A stretch of 64,000 nt of DNA from the human T2T-CHM13v2.0 reference genome, Homo sapiens. Numbering within the stretch: position 1 is the first letter of the stretch; each line of letters opens with the position of its first letter. Shown here in pieces: positions 13,679 through 26,580 of this stretch. The stretch lies in NCBI RefSeq assembly GCF_009914755.1, contig NC_060934.1. One strand, 5' to 3'. The notes beneath the pieces were generated by a model, which saw only the letters and a program-made list of their open reading frames with translations, searched no databases and had not been told where the DNA came from. The translations under genes were made by a program, and so were the position numbers.

Positions 13679-13969
13679 ACCCTTTACACAAACTATCACA
13701 CTGACTATGGTCACTGACACAGTACAGTTCAACAGAAAAGATAAAAACAGTAATACATTTGTAATGCATGGCGTCTAGTTTATACTACCTACAGGACAGA
13801 GAACACTAACAAAAAACAAGCGAAACCCTCTAAATCCTCCGCTGCCCAGACTGACATGAGGTCTGTGATATATCCACTTCTGTAAACTCTTGGGGTAAAC
13901 GCTATTCTCCTCACAACAGCAATGCGTACAAGCTGAAGGAACGGAAAGTCTGCTGTTATGTTCACTTAC

Positions 13970-14068
13970 CCCAGATGCTTAAAATAAATTCCAGGGCTAC
14001 GCTCAACATGCACAGAGTTAACTCAGGCACCCTGGGGTCTCCACTCTGACTCACGCACACCCATAAAT
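13970..14068 (-). other. candidate alternative or cryptic exon, 99 nt
   Basis: Acceptor tctttttaatgttccccag|ATTT; donor GGG|gtaagt. Confidence 0.25.
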
Positions 14069-14905
14069 CTGGGGAACATTAAAAAGATCTATCAGAGCCT
14101 GGGCCCCACATTAAGAATGCAGCCTCCTAGACCCCCCTCTGAATGGTAATTCACTGGGTAAACAGACCTTCTTGCTTTTTCTTAAAAGTGGTCCTTGAAC
14201 TGCAGCTACGATTAAGTCTGAGCTCTCAGAGAAAAAGAGCATGTAGGTAAATATTGAAGGCAGTCTGCACAGAGGTTCAGGGCACAAACACAGCCGCTTC
14301 TGAGACAGGGAACACCATGAGCCGAGGCAGGAGCTGGCCTCAACTGCAACACAAGGGGCAGAAATGGGAAGGCTGCAAAAACCACGCAGGTGCCATGCCC
14401 TCATGTGCCCAGATGCTTGGGTGGCCCTGGATGATTTCCTAGGATCACGGCATTTCTGGAGCCTTCTGAGATTGTAGAGGTCACCAAATCCAAACTTCAG
14501 AGAACCTGAGACTCAACATGGCCAGGTCACTCCTAGTCCTATGTCCTTAGGACCCCGATGTACATCTCCCGCTCCCCCAGAAGCAGCACTGCAGAGGCTT
14601 GTGGAGTCAGACTGAGCCACACCAGCCAGATGCAAAACACGGCTACGTCTCACAAAGCCACACCCCACAATCCCCGAACCACACTCCAAGGGAGAGCTCT
14701 CCAGAGCAGACACAGAACATCTGCAGAAGCAAAAAGCCAGACTAGCATGTAAAATCATGAAAAGAAAAAAATCAAAGAGGCAGGTAGACACATACCCAAC
14801 TGTTGGCAGGGGAGTCCCTCTGAGGAGTGGGACTGTGGGAAGGAGGAGGCTCCAAGAGGCTGGAACGCTTTTTAGCTGCATGCATGACTTTAAAAGCAGC
14901 TAACT

Positions 14906-15243
14906 GGCCAGGCGTGGCAGCTCACACCTGCAATCCCAGCACTTTGGGAGGCCGAGGTGGGCAGATCATGAGTCCAGGAGTTCGAGACCAGCCTGGCCAA
15001 CATGGTGAAACCCCGTGTGTACTAAAAATACAAAAACTAGCCAGGTGTGGTGGCACGTGCCTGTAGTCCCAGCTACTCAGGAGGCTAAGGCAGGAGAATT
15101 GCTTCAGCCTGACAGGCAGAGGTTACAGTGTGCCGAGATCACGCCACTGCACTCCAGCCTGGGCAATACAGCGAGATTGTGTCTCAAAAATAAAAATAAT
15201 AATAATAATAATAATAGTAATAATAATAATAATAACTAATAAA
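14906..15243 (+). mobile_element. Alu with (AAT)n tail
   Basis: Full Alu; tail converted to a trinucleotide repeat; TSD aaaagcagcta. Confidence 0.95.
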
Positions 15244-17530
15244 CAAAAGCAGCTACCACTTCTAGAATGCTCCATGTGCGATGAGAACTATTCTAAGCGG
15301 CTGTGAGTAGTAACTGACACAATGCATAAGCAGCCAGCAATTCCATTCTGCTGGGCTGGTTTGCACAGTGAAGGCGTGCACGCCATGGAGGAGGACACGC
15401 CCAGCACAGATGTCTGTCAGCTCTGGATGAGGCTTCAGGTGAGTCCCCGAAACCTCAGGTGCAGGCAGGATACACACACTCCCCCTCCACCCCAGATGCC
15501 TTCAGAAGAGTGTGCCATTGGCTCTAAGGAGCCCAGGAGGCCCAGAGCCTGTAAGATAACATCACAACACAGCGGCCCAGGAGTCAGGGTCATCTGCTGA
15601 AAACTCACTCCCTCTAGTCACCCGCCAGCCCCACAGCTGCTCTTTGTGCCTCAGCTTCATGGAAAGGTTAAATGACCAACGCCATCCTCCTGCCTCTAGA
15701 ACGGCCACAGAGTCAGGTCAGATGACAGTCTGCACTCTTAGTCGAGGGATGTTGGCTACAGAAACTTCCGTGGCCTTAGGACCTCCAACTCCATCGCTCC
15801 CAACCCCATCACGGGCAGCAATGCGGACAGGTCACACAAGTGCCATGGGGACCCACCTCCCAGTCCGTGTCTGTGGCCCCAGTGCTTGATGAGCTGTGTG
15901 ATCAGAGCATGTATCCACAGGCAGAGCTCTGGAAGGTTCTCTCCGAGGGACCTGTTGAGCCCCTCATTGCTTTCTCCATCACACCTTCCCGAGGAAGACA
16001 CAAGGGTCCCTCTGTCCCCGGGGTACACAGGGCAGCCCCCAGCCGGGGAAGCATGCCTCTCTGCCCTCTGGGTTGGGCTCCGTTCCCCATGCCAGGTCCT
16101 GGGGGCAGGAGGGAGACAGCAAGGCCAGAAGGCAGTGCAATCTTATTCCCAGAGAGGCACCCAGGAAGGGTTAAACGGATTGTTAGAGACAAAACCGATG
16201 AAAACGACTTCAACACAATCTGATGAGGTCAGCGAGTAGAGAGGCCCTAATGACACTTGTAAGAAAAAACATCTGTTGGTGTCAAAAGGTCAGCAGGAAG
16301 TGAGTGGGATTTACGTGGCTGGGATTGGCCAGACCAGCACTCCTCGAAAGAGAGACACACACATGGCTTAACTTAGCCTGAGAGGAACAACAAAAACCCC
16401 TTTCAATTGTCCTGTGACCAGCCCCCGCCTCCCTCTAAACAACAGGCCAAACCCCGAGCTATGAAATCCGTCTGGGCCCCTGACTGGCAATTAGCTCTTT
16501 GTCCATTCACTGATCGGCCACTGAGGCCCAGACTCCCCCCGACTGAGTCTTTTGGGGATGACGTTTTTGCTGTGAGTGCGTATCCCTTTTCCAGGCCACA
16601 GAATCTCCAGCTTGACTTTTTCCTTGGAACACAAAGAGGGTCACTTGAATAGCAAATGTTTCAATAAATCCATCATCACAAAAACCAAAACAAGAAGTTT
16701 CTCTGGAAAAACAGGAAGTCCTGGTACACAGCGTGGCTTAAAATAGGGCCTGTTTCATTTGTTGACAAAACTCCAGCCTCTGGAAGCCTCTTGGAGGAGC
16801 TTTGTCTGAGATCCAGCTTACCTTTTAAACACTCCTTCAGTAAAAAGCATCCCAGTGCTTCGGGCAACAGACTGGCCTGGACTTCGTTACACTCTGACGC
16901 AGGTCACAGGTCTGGGTCCTGGCCGTCCCACTTCCTGTCCACAGGCCCCCAAGAGGGTCTCACGGGAAGCCAGGCTCAGGGCCGTGGCAGGAATGAGGCC
17001 TGGTGCTTTCATGCCATCAACGAGCTGGGTGGCGGGAGGTGCTTTTTCAGCCTTCTCCTCTAAAGCATTTCTAACTTGGAGGCCTCTCGGAGTTAGTATT
17101 CTGCTTGTTCTTTATGAACTGTTACAGAGTTTTACAGGAGCCCTGACGGGGAGAAACTCTTGGACTGTCACCTGAACTTGACCACTGTGCAGTAGGCAAA
17201 GTGGAGGTCCCAGTTGCACCCAGCCAGCCTGGAATATGCAGCTGCGCCCTCCCCAAAGTCACCCACTATAAAGAATACAGGCACCAGAAAACTCCAGAAA
17301 GATGTTAAAAGTTCTTCACGTGATACGATTGCACACACAGTGCTGCGTCCTCACAAGATGCCTCCTGGGCACCGTCCCATAAAGGTGCTCTCACCTGATC
17401 TAACCATCCATTCCTCTCCCCCTGAGTTTTGCCTTTTCCAAGCTAACCGCCAAGGATCTGGAGGACGGTGTTCACACAGCGAGGCATGGGCGTGTGTCGC
17501 AACTATTCCCCTGTTGAAATGTGAAGCCAC

Positions 17531-17924
17531 GGCCGGGCGCGGTGGCTTACACCTGTAATCCCAGCACTTTGGGAGGCTGAGGCGGGCAGATCACCTGAGG
17601 TCAGGAGTTTGAGACCAGCCTGGCCAACATGGCAAAACCCCAACTCTACTAAAAATACAAAGATTAGTCAGGTGTGGTGGCGCGGTGGGCAGATCACCTG
17701 AGGCCGGGAGTTCGAGACTAGCCCGGCCAACATGACGAAACCCGTCTCTACTAAAAATACAAAAATTAGCCAGGTGTGGTGGCACACACCTGTAATCTCC
17801 ACAACTCAGGACGCTGAGGCAGAAGAATCATTTGAACCCGGGAGGCGGTGGCTGCAGTGAACCAAGATTATGCCACTGCACTCCAGCCTGGGCGACAGGG
17901 TGAGACTCTGTCTCAAAATAAAAA
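17531..17924 (+). mobile_element. Alu with ~100-bp internal duplication
   Basis: Left-arm 3' half plus linker present twice. Confidence 0.9.
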
Positions 17925-18319
17925 GGCACAGAGAGATCAGAGAATCAAGTCTACCAAATTCTTCACACGGAGATTCCACCACCACCAAAAGCACATCCCC
18001 ACGGTCAGGCAGGTGACGAGGACCTTCAGGAGATTTCCTTACCACTAGGATGGGCAGGGGGAGGCTTCTGCATGGATACCGGAGGCTCACTGCGTGAACC
18101 TTCTGGAGACGGCACTGTCACTTTTGTCTCCTTTGCTGGTGCTAAACAAAGTGTGGGCGGTGGGGGTGGGAGGCGTGTTTAAGTAAAAAGGAGACACAAG
18201 CAATGCTAGTTGTTTCAGGATCCTGCTGGGTTTTGTTGGCTTATAGAGGAGAAAATCAGCGATATGAAGGTACGTGAGGGGTAAGACATACGCAATTTCA
18301 CTTCAGAAATGTGAATTGA

Positions 18320-18601
<282 letters not shown>

Positions 18602-19482
18602 TTACTCCAGACCCAAGGCTTGTCACCACCAACCCATCCTGATCCACACCTGACCTGGACCCATTAGCCTAATGTCCACGCTAAGATTTTCACACTGTTT
18701 TTTGACGTCGACCCCAGAAGCCATGCTCCAAGGCCACTGACACTGCATCAGTGGGCAGCTCAGTGTGCTGCCCCTCTCGCCCCGCCAATTTCCTGCCCGC
18801 CCACCCCCACCAGCTCCAGGAGGCGGAATCTGTCAGCTTGTCAGCGTTTGTCTGGATTCACTGGGAGTCAGGAAGGGGCCTGTTTGGGAGCTTGTGTTGG
18901 GTCTGGCTTTGCTGATCTTTTGTGGGGAGACACTTAGGATGAAATGGGGTAAAGGACAGAAAAGGCTCACCTGCAGGACCTCGCGGGTTAGCCACGAGTC
19001 TGACACACCTGAGCCTGCCCCACTGCCCATCCCTGGAGTCATCCTTCCCGGGGGCCAAAGGCTCTTCCATGTCACTTTAGTTATCATATGGCGGGCAGAT
19101 TCGAACCGTCTATCCCAGTCACTCTTTTGAAGAGTGAACAATATGGAGAATGTGAACATATGTGGCCACGCAGCTGATGTACACAAGCATTCCCCACAGC
19201 CATTTATTTTAAGGCACCGTGTGCTATTTTTATCCTCCACAGAAATGCTGCCAAGGGAATCCGCAGAGGAAAACAAAGGCTCTGGAGCTGAGCGGGTTAC
19301 TCTGACTTCACTCTTCACACGACAAATGATCATAGCATACTATTTGCCACCTTGTCTCAGAGACAAATGTCATGAAATAAGTCACTCGTCATTATTTGAG
19401 TTCAAGTACTTTTTCTTAAAACATGGCTTTTAAACAGAAATGCATTTTTCCTTAACTACTGGTCATGATATTCCATTCCCCC

Positions 19483-19485
<3 letters not shown>

Positions 19486-19525
<40 letters not shown>

Positions 19526-19535
19526 ATGTGTGTGT
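19486..19535. repeat. (TG)n microsatellite
   Basis: Direct reading. Confidence 0.97.
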
Positions 19536-19549
19536 CTGTTGCGGCTTAC

Positions 19550-19701
19550 CTGCAACACTGGTTCTGAGCAAGTGAAAAACTTGCAAATGTGTTGTGGAAG
19601 AGAATGGCAATGCTCATCCCCAGCAGGGAACGTTCCCGAGTTTCCATCTCTGCCTGTGATTATGTGCAGGGCAGTCATGCGGAAGAGGGATTGGGTGTAT
19701 T
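19550..19701 (-). other. candidate alternative or cryptic exon, 152 nt
   Basis: Acceptor cttcccctctctcctggtcatggttctgcccacgcag|AAT; donor CAG|gtaagc followed by (CA)n. Confidence 0.3.
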
Positions 19702-20304
19702 CTGCGTGGGCAGAACCATGACCAGGAGAGAGGGGAAGCCAAGAGGAGAGATTGCAGATGGATAAAGAAGTTTCTCACAGTCGAGGAATAAGAAGCACAC
19801 GGGCAGGCTTCCCCAGAGAGGCCGGTGCCCCAACCTAGAGGACACGAAGCCGAGGCCAGGACTGTGGACCGCAGCTGGAGACCCCTCTTGACCCGCGGGG
19901 GCTGGTGTGCTAAGGTGCAAAGGGAGGAAAGAGCAACATGCAGGGTGACACCTGCAGACAGTTCTCCCTGTTCTGGAATCTTCCGGTCGGCCCCAGGGGT
20001 GCACGCTAGGGCAGCCCATAGCCAGCCCCTGCTAGATCCCGGCTCCCGGCAACCCTCAATGCTGAACTCTCCCAGGATTCCTGCGGTGGCAAACAGCCCT
20101 GGTATGTACCATTTTATTTTCACTCAAAACATCCTTCCTGGGACCATCCCAGCAAGCTGAGCATACTATTTTCAACTAAGGCCCTGGCATTGTCTAGGAA
20201 TGTTTTCAGGGCTAAGCAAATTGCTAAAGCAAACATCTTATTTTCGTCTGCAAGGACAGCCAAGCGCTGTAAAAATACTTCCCGATAGGACTTCCAGTGG
20301 AACG

Positions 20305-20319
20305 GCCCCCTCTGGTGGC
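20305..20319 (-). promoter_or_regulatory. CTCF core motif candidate
   Basis: GCCACCAGAGGGGGC on the minus strand, one mismatch to CCASYAGRKGGCRS. Confidence 0.5.
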
Positions 20320-20839
20320 GCTGTTGGCACCAGACACTCTGGTTCAGGGGAAAGCTCTCGCTGGGCATCCGGGGCGACACCCACACTTCCCTTGACGGTG
20401 GCTCCACTGGCAGCCGCCCTGCTCCACACCCCTAGCTGCCCCAGGGGAAGGCCAGAGAAGGCCTGTGGACAGGAAGGGGTACAGGCCCTGCAGCGCCAGG
20501 AACAGGACCTCCCTCACCTCTCCTCCTCCTTGCTCCAAGGAACAGCCAGTTTGACACCAAATCCCACACATCCCAGTTCCAGGAGTGGCCTGGGACTCAG
20601 ACACCAGGTGATCTGGGTATGGGAGGATATAACAGCGTCTACGGCAGCAAAGCCTGAGGCCCCCACACCAAGCCAGAGGCAACTGAGAGCTGGTACCACA
20701 GGCCAGACGGAGCCCCCGTGCAGCATCCTGGACCTGTGAGCTGGCCTGCATTCCTGGGTTCTCAGATGCACCTCGGTGAGGTGCCACCTCCTCACGGTCA
20801 CTGCAACTGTCACACCCTTACTGAGAGGAGCAGCTGTAG

Positions 20840-21040
20840 CAATAAGCAGGCTCCCCGGCTCACGGCATCCTGGACACTGTTCCCGTCACTTTGCATGAAT
20901 TCACTCATTCCTCCCAACAGTCTTAGGAACCAGGTATGCTTTCCTCATCTAAAATGACTAAACAGAGGCCCAGGGTAGAAAACAACGGGCCAAAGACACA
21001 GCTGGGGTGGAGGTGGGACCGAAGCCGGGTAGCCCAGGGA
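20840..21040 (-). mobile_element. MIR remnant
   Basis: tcattcctcccaacagtcttagg...aaacagaggcccag...cacagct. Confidence 0.55.
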
Positions 21041-21560
21041 TCGTCCACGCCCTGAGTTTGTGATGGACCTAAACTCCTGTGTGTTTCACTTCCTGTTTCA
21101 ATTGCTAAACCGAGAGGGCCCTTAGCGACTGCTCCCACCAGGGCTGGAGAAGCAGAACCCAGCGGACTCAAAACGGTGCCTACAGGGGAAAACGGGGTGA
21201 GCAGGGGACGACTGAGTCCAGCCTCGGTTCTGGACTACTAGAAAGAGGTGCCCCTGAATGGGGGGACACAGGGGTGCTCTCAAAACTCAGCAAATGTTAG
21301 TCCTTTTATTTTAGGAAAATACACTGAACTATTTGTTGATGTAATAGAAGCTAGGGTTTACTGTATAATGGCCTAGTAGGGTGTGTCTGTAAGAGAACGC
21401 ACGTGAAATGAGGGTGATGAGGACATCTGCTTTTTTAAGTCTGTCCTGTTTAAAGCTCTAACACTGTAACGTGGGGACAGTGCCACCCACTCTGAAGGCT
21501 GCGGGGAGGTTCTGGGACAGCAGACACCCGCTGGCAGCACGCAGCAGAACTCAGCGCGAG

Positions 21561-21581
21561 GGGTTAGAGTTAGGGTTAGGG
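21561..21581 (+). repeat. short interstitial telomeric repeat GGG TTAGAG TTAGGG TTAGGG
   Basis: Direct reading, 3.5 units, 1 mismatch. Confidence 0.6.
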
Positions 21582-21612
21582 TCGCTGCCATCAGTAATAA
21601 AAAAATACGGAG

Positions 21613-21918
21613 GGACCGGGTGCGGTAGCTCACACCTATAATCCCAGCACTTTGGGAAGCCAAGGCAGCTGGATCACCTGAGGTCAGTTTAAGACCAGCC
21701 TGGTCAACATGATGAAACCTCCTCTCTACTAAAAATACAAAAAATTAGCCGGGTGCGGTGGCACACGCCTGTAATCCCAGCTACTCAGGAGGGTTGAGGC
21801 AGGATAATCTCTTGAACCTGGGAGATGGAGGTTGCACTGAGCTGAGATTGCGCCACTGGGCGCCTGGGCAACAAAGCGAGACTCTATCTCAAAAAAATAA
21901 AATAAAATAAAAAATAAA
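21613..21918 (+). mobile_element. Alu with (AAAAT)n tail
   Basis: Alu consensus. Confidence 0.93.
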
Positions 21919-24850
21919 CCACTGAGGGCACCCAAGGAACAACATCTGCTGTGCACCCGTTTTCCTAATGGCCCCAAGAGAGGCTGGCTGAACAGACAAC
22001 TATGCTCAGATGATCTTTCTGGCGTTCCAGTGAGCAGGCTGGGCCTCCACAGGAAGAGAGCTTAGCCAAAGAAAGGACAGCTCCCCAGCAGCGAGGCAGG
22101 GCCCTGGGCAGCTGTGCACAGCCTCGGCCAGCCTCGAGCTGGACCTCAGCCGCAACTGTGTGCTGTGCTAAATGGCCATCATTGGTGGAACCAAAAACGA
22201 ACAATGGGAAAATTATCACATTATCCTTCTACGAAGCAATCTGGAAAGCTAATTACGTGTTACTCTGCGCACATCTTCATCTCTGATGTGGAAACAGCAT
22301 GGGCGAATCGGTCTGGTGGGGAAAAACATCATACTTAAGAAATACGGAGAATTTATTTCTCCGCAAGCCACATACGTGTTTTACCCCACACGTCATGAGG
22401 CCTGTGGCACCCCGATGGGGACTGAGCATTCACTCTTCTGCCCACGTGAGGAACCAACAAAAGCTGGCAAGGACACCCCAGGATAACACCCAAACACGTC
22501 GACTCGTGCGAAAGGCCTCATGCACGATCCTTTCTTGCTGTGGCAAAACCGTTAAGTTTCTCTCAACACACACAAAACCGAAGTAAAATGCTCATCCTCT
22601 GGCTCCCCTACAGTAGTAAAAATTAATTGCCACATAAAATTGCTGATTCCTACCAAATGAAGCTGTACGATTTATCAGCTCATGGATGGCGCAAACTCAA
22701 TGGTGGTTTAACTACATCACCTGAGTTATTGCTGTGTTTTCTCTCAGTGACAGCTTTACGGGGAATGTAAGTTTTGCGAATTCATTCATGTAGGACAAAC
22801 TTCCAAAGTAAACAAAAGCATTAAGCAGACACAGCTCTCCCGTGGCTATGTCACAGCGATTCTCAAAGCCACAGGGTGTCTGGGCAAGAAGGGTGGACAC
22901 CCCGTGTAGGGACCCCTGCAGCAACTCCATCAGGCACGGTTTTCCCCCACCCCCAGGCTGCAGTGCCACCTTCCAGGGGTGCTCTCTGCTGAAGCCCTCA
23001 ACCCCCCGCACCCCAACTTTAGAGGCCATCGTAATTTAATTATCCAACTCCAATTCCACATAGGAATCCAGTTATTTAAAATGCATTAAAAAAAATAAAT
23101 CACTGCCAGTAGGTTTTGTATTTTTGGCCAGGACAAAGAATTTATAAACAGCTTATATATATGGTGTGGAAGACAGTTAGATGGTGAATACCTCAGGGAA
23201 CACCATAGTCTCCTCGGTTTTCACCAGAGTTTGCCTGGGAGCCGGGACATCCCTATCATTTTATGGGCTATTTCTGTTTTCTTCATCATTTGTCCCCTGT
23301 CCATTAGACAACAATGGATTGATCTTTTTCTAATCTGAATTAGGCCAGGCACAAACAGGTAAGTTACCTTCCGGTTTCCATAATTACGGGAACAGGCAAG
23401 TACTTCTTCCAAACTCAGGCCTTCAGAGAAAAATAACTGTGGTGGGAGGGGTGCAATCCCTGGGGAAACAGCGTTCTTGGTGAGGACAATGCTGAGGTCA
23501 CCCATCGGTCTCCGAAGAATAGCAGTTCTACTTCTCAAGGGAAGAGAGCCCCAACTCTAAGAATTTCAGGTACATGAAAAAAAAGTGCCACAATCCATTG
23601 TCCAAGTTTGCCTTATGTTCTATTTATAGTCAGAGTGCGTGCTCTGAATCTGTTTTAGAATCATGTTCTTCAGGACAACTTGAAATAAAAATCAGAGAAG
23701 TTTAGTTTCAAAAAAGGCAGAGAGGTGACTATCCACCCAGGAGACTTCACCCATTCCCGCCACGCCAGTGTCCCCAGTCAGCCTTGACCCTGCTTCCCTG
23801 ACTGTGTAGTGAGATGTGGGGATTCAGCCCAAGGCTTGTGGTTAAAGACAGAGGAAGAAAAGACAAAGAATGAAACCTTTCTGGTTTGGTGACTTAGCTC
23901 AGAGCTGGTCTGGCTCTTCTCTACTTTCTTGCCAAGTTTTGCATATTTGGGATTTCAGTTTCACAAGCTTCCCCACCTCACTGGTTTTACTGCTTAACGA
24001 GCAGAGAATATGCTCTAATGATTATCTGAAACACACCCACAGGTAACCACAACTGTTTCACACAGAACAGGAAATGCCCAGCAAAGAAACTCTCACTTGA
24101 TGATGAAATGTTTGCCACTAGAAAATACATCGTACTGTCCCCATTCCATGGGCTCCCCAAACCACTCTGCACAAAAACTGTGGTTGCGGAGGGGCTGCTT
24201 GACAGACTGTTCTTTGACTGGGCTCTTCAGGTTCCAGTCTTTCCAGGGAGGTCCAGCCATCATCAGATCCAAATGGAAGTCTTGCAACTGGGGCACTCTG
24301 CTTGAACTCAAATGCCCCCAACAAGAGCCTTGTTCTCTTTGTGATGATTTCCTGTGCTGCACACATGAATCTGTGCTTTTCTCAATGTGCACTTTTTAAA
24401 AAATTGAAAACAACCCAAGGATGAGTCAACATTTTAATGCAGCTCATACCTGACTGTCAACTTCAGCAAAATAAAGGGAAGGAAGAGCAAAGCCCGCAGG
24501 GGCTTTGGGGAAGGCGAGGTGGCGAAGGGAAGAGGCAGGATCCGGCTAACAAATGCCAGTATCAGGGAAATACCAAGTCCACATCCTGCGCAGTCAGCTC
24601 CCCAGGATTTGTTTTTGTGGGTCTCTGAGCTGAGAGCTAAGGGGGCCGGAGGGAGAAAGTGGGAGGTAAAGTTAGAGGAGGGACTCACTGTAGGAGCACA
24701 CTGCCAGCTCTTGTGGCCAGCCCCAGTGGAAAAGAAATCCCACTAAATTTACATCCATTCGTGCTCCATATGAAGAAGCTGAGGGTCACTGTCCTCTTCT
24801 AGCTATTTCATTCAGCTGGCTTTCCAGTCTATCAGAAAAATGCCATCATC

Positions 24851-25147
<297 letters not shown>

Positions 25148-26159
25148 CTAATGCTCAGGCTGATGTCCTAACACCCAGGACAACGTCTGAGTGACCAGTG
25201 GCTCTTGGCTGAGGGATGTGAGCTATGAGCCCCTACATCACAGCTTCTGTTAACATGGCGATGGCTAGGCACAGGCAGCCACCCCTCTACCAAGCCACAT
25301 CCCAAATCCTAACCCCAGCAGAGCCAGAGACTCAATGCTTTGTGTCACATGGAGCTACCAACATCAGGACCAGCGAGAAATCGGGAAAACATCAAGTCAG
25401 AACGTCCCGTGCCTTCTAAGCAGTCAGGTGCATGCACCATGCTAGGTGAGTGCAGGGCAGGAACGGAAGGCAAGCAGGGTGCGCAGATGTAACGGGGGAA
25501 GCAGGCACGGCCAAGCACCCTAGAAAGTGCTGTCATGTTTCGTACAGGAGCCTGCTGGGGGTAGCTCACGGGGACTGGAAGCATGGCCCTGAAGTGTGGG
25601 CAGCATCTTTTCTGTTTGCACGACTCAAAGTCTGCCTGGTGGAGGAGGGTGACACCTGCACAGAAGCCAGGGAGCACAGTGCACCAACCTTCAGTGTAAT
25701 CTCCAGTCCTGCCACTGACTCGTGAGCTGTGTGACTCTGGGTACATCACCTGAGCCCTTCACACCTGGGGGTTTCTTATCCATAAATGGAACGACCTCAC
25801 CAGAATTTTAAAATGTAACAAAAAAGGAACTAGCCCATGTGTCGATCAGTAAATGCCTCAGGGTGAACTCGAGAATCCAGAAGTCTCCAGGGAAGCCCAG
25901 TGTGTGCGACGTGCCTCTTCCTATCTCCCCTGGGCAGTCTTCCCAGCTCCATGGAAAAGTCTTTGGTCAGCTGAACGCAGGCAAGGCTGCTGAATTCCTG
26001 AAGTCCCCGCCTGACCACCAGGCCCAGGTATAAGGGAAGGGCGACTCCTACTGATGGACAACCAGACACCCCCCACGTCCACCTGCTATGTGGGGCGATT
26101 CATTATTGGCCGGCAAAGGCTTACACTTTTTTCTTTCAAGAATTTTTTTATTTAGAGAT

Positions 26160-26580
26160 TACACAAAAAAAGTCTTCTGTGAAACCCATAACCCAGTCCA
26201 GGAATGAGAAAAACATCACACAAACTGCAGTAGAGGGACAATCCACAAAATATACTATCATAATCAAAACTGTCAAGGTCATCAAAAATAAGGAAAGACT
26301 GTGAAACTGCCACCGCCATGTGGGGCCTAAGGAGAAAGACAGTGACATACGAGGTGAAAAACTGGACAGGATTCTGGGATGGAAAAAGGATATTAGATCA
26401 TCAGAATACAATGTAGACTTCAGTTAATATTAATGTATTGATAATTGGTTCATTAATTTTAATAAATGTCTCATACTAATGTAATGTCAAATGATAATAA
26501 GGAAACTAGGTGAGGAGATACGGAACTCTCCATGTAACCTTCTAGATGTTTCTGTAAATCAAACTGTTCTTAAAAATATC
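26160..26580 (+). mobile_element. old L1 3' end (L1MC-like)
   Basis: aaaactgtcaaggtcatcaaaaataaggaaagactg; ttggttcattaatttt; ttctgtaaatc motifs. Confidence 0.65.
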
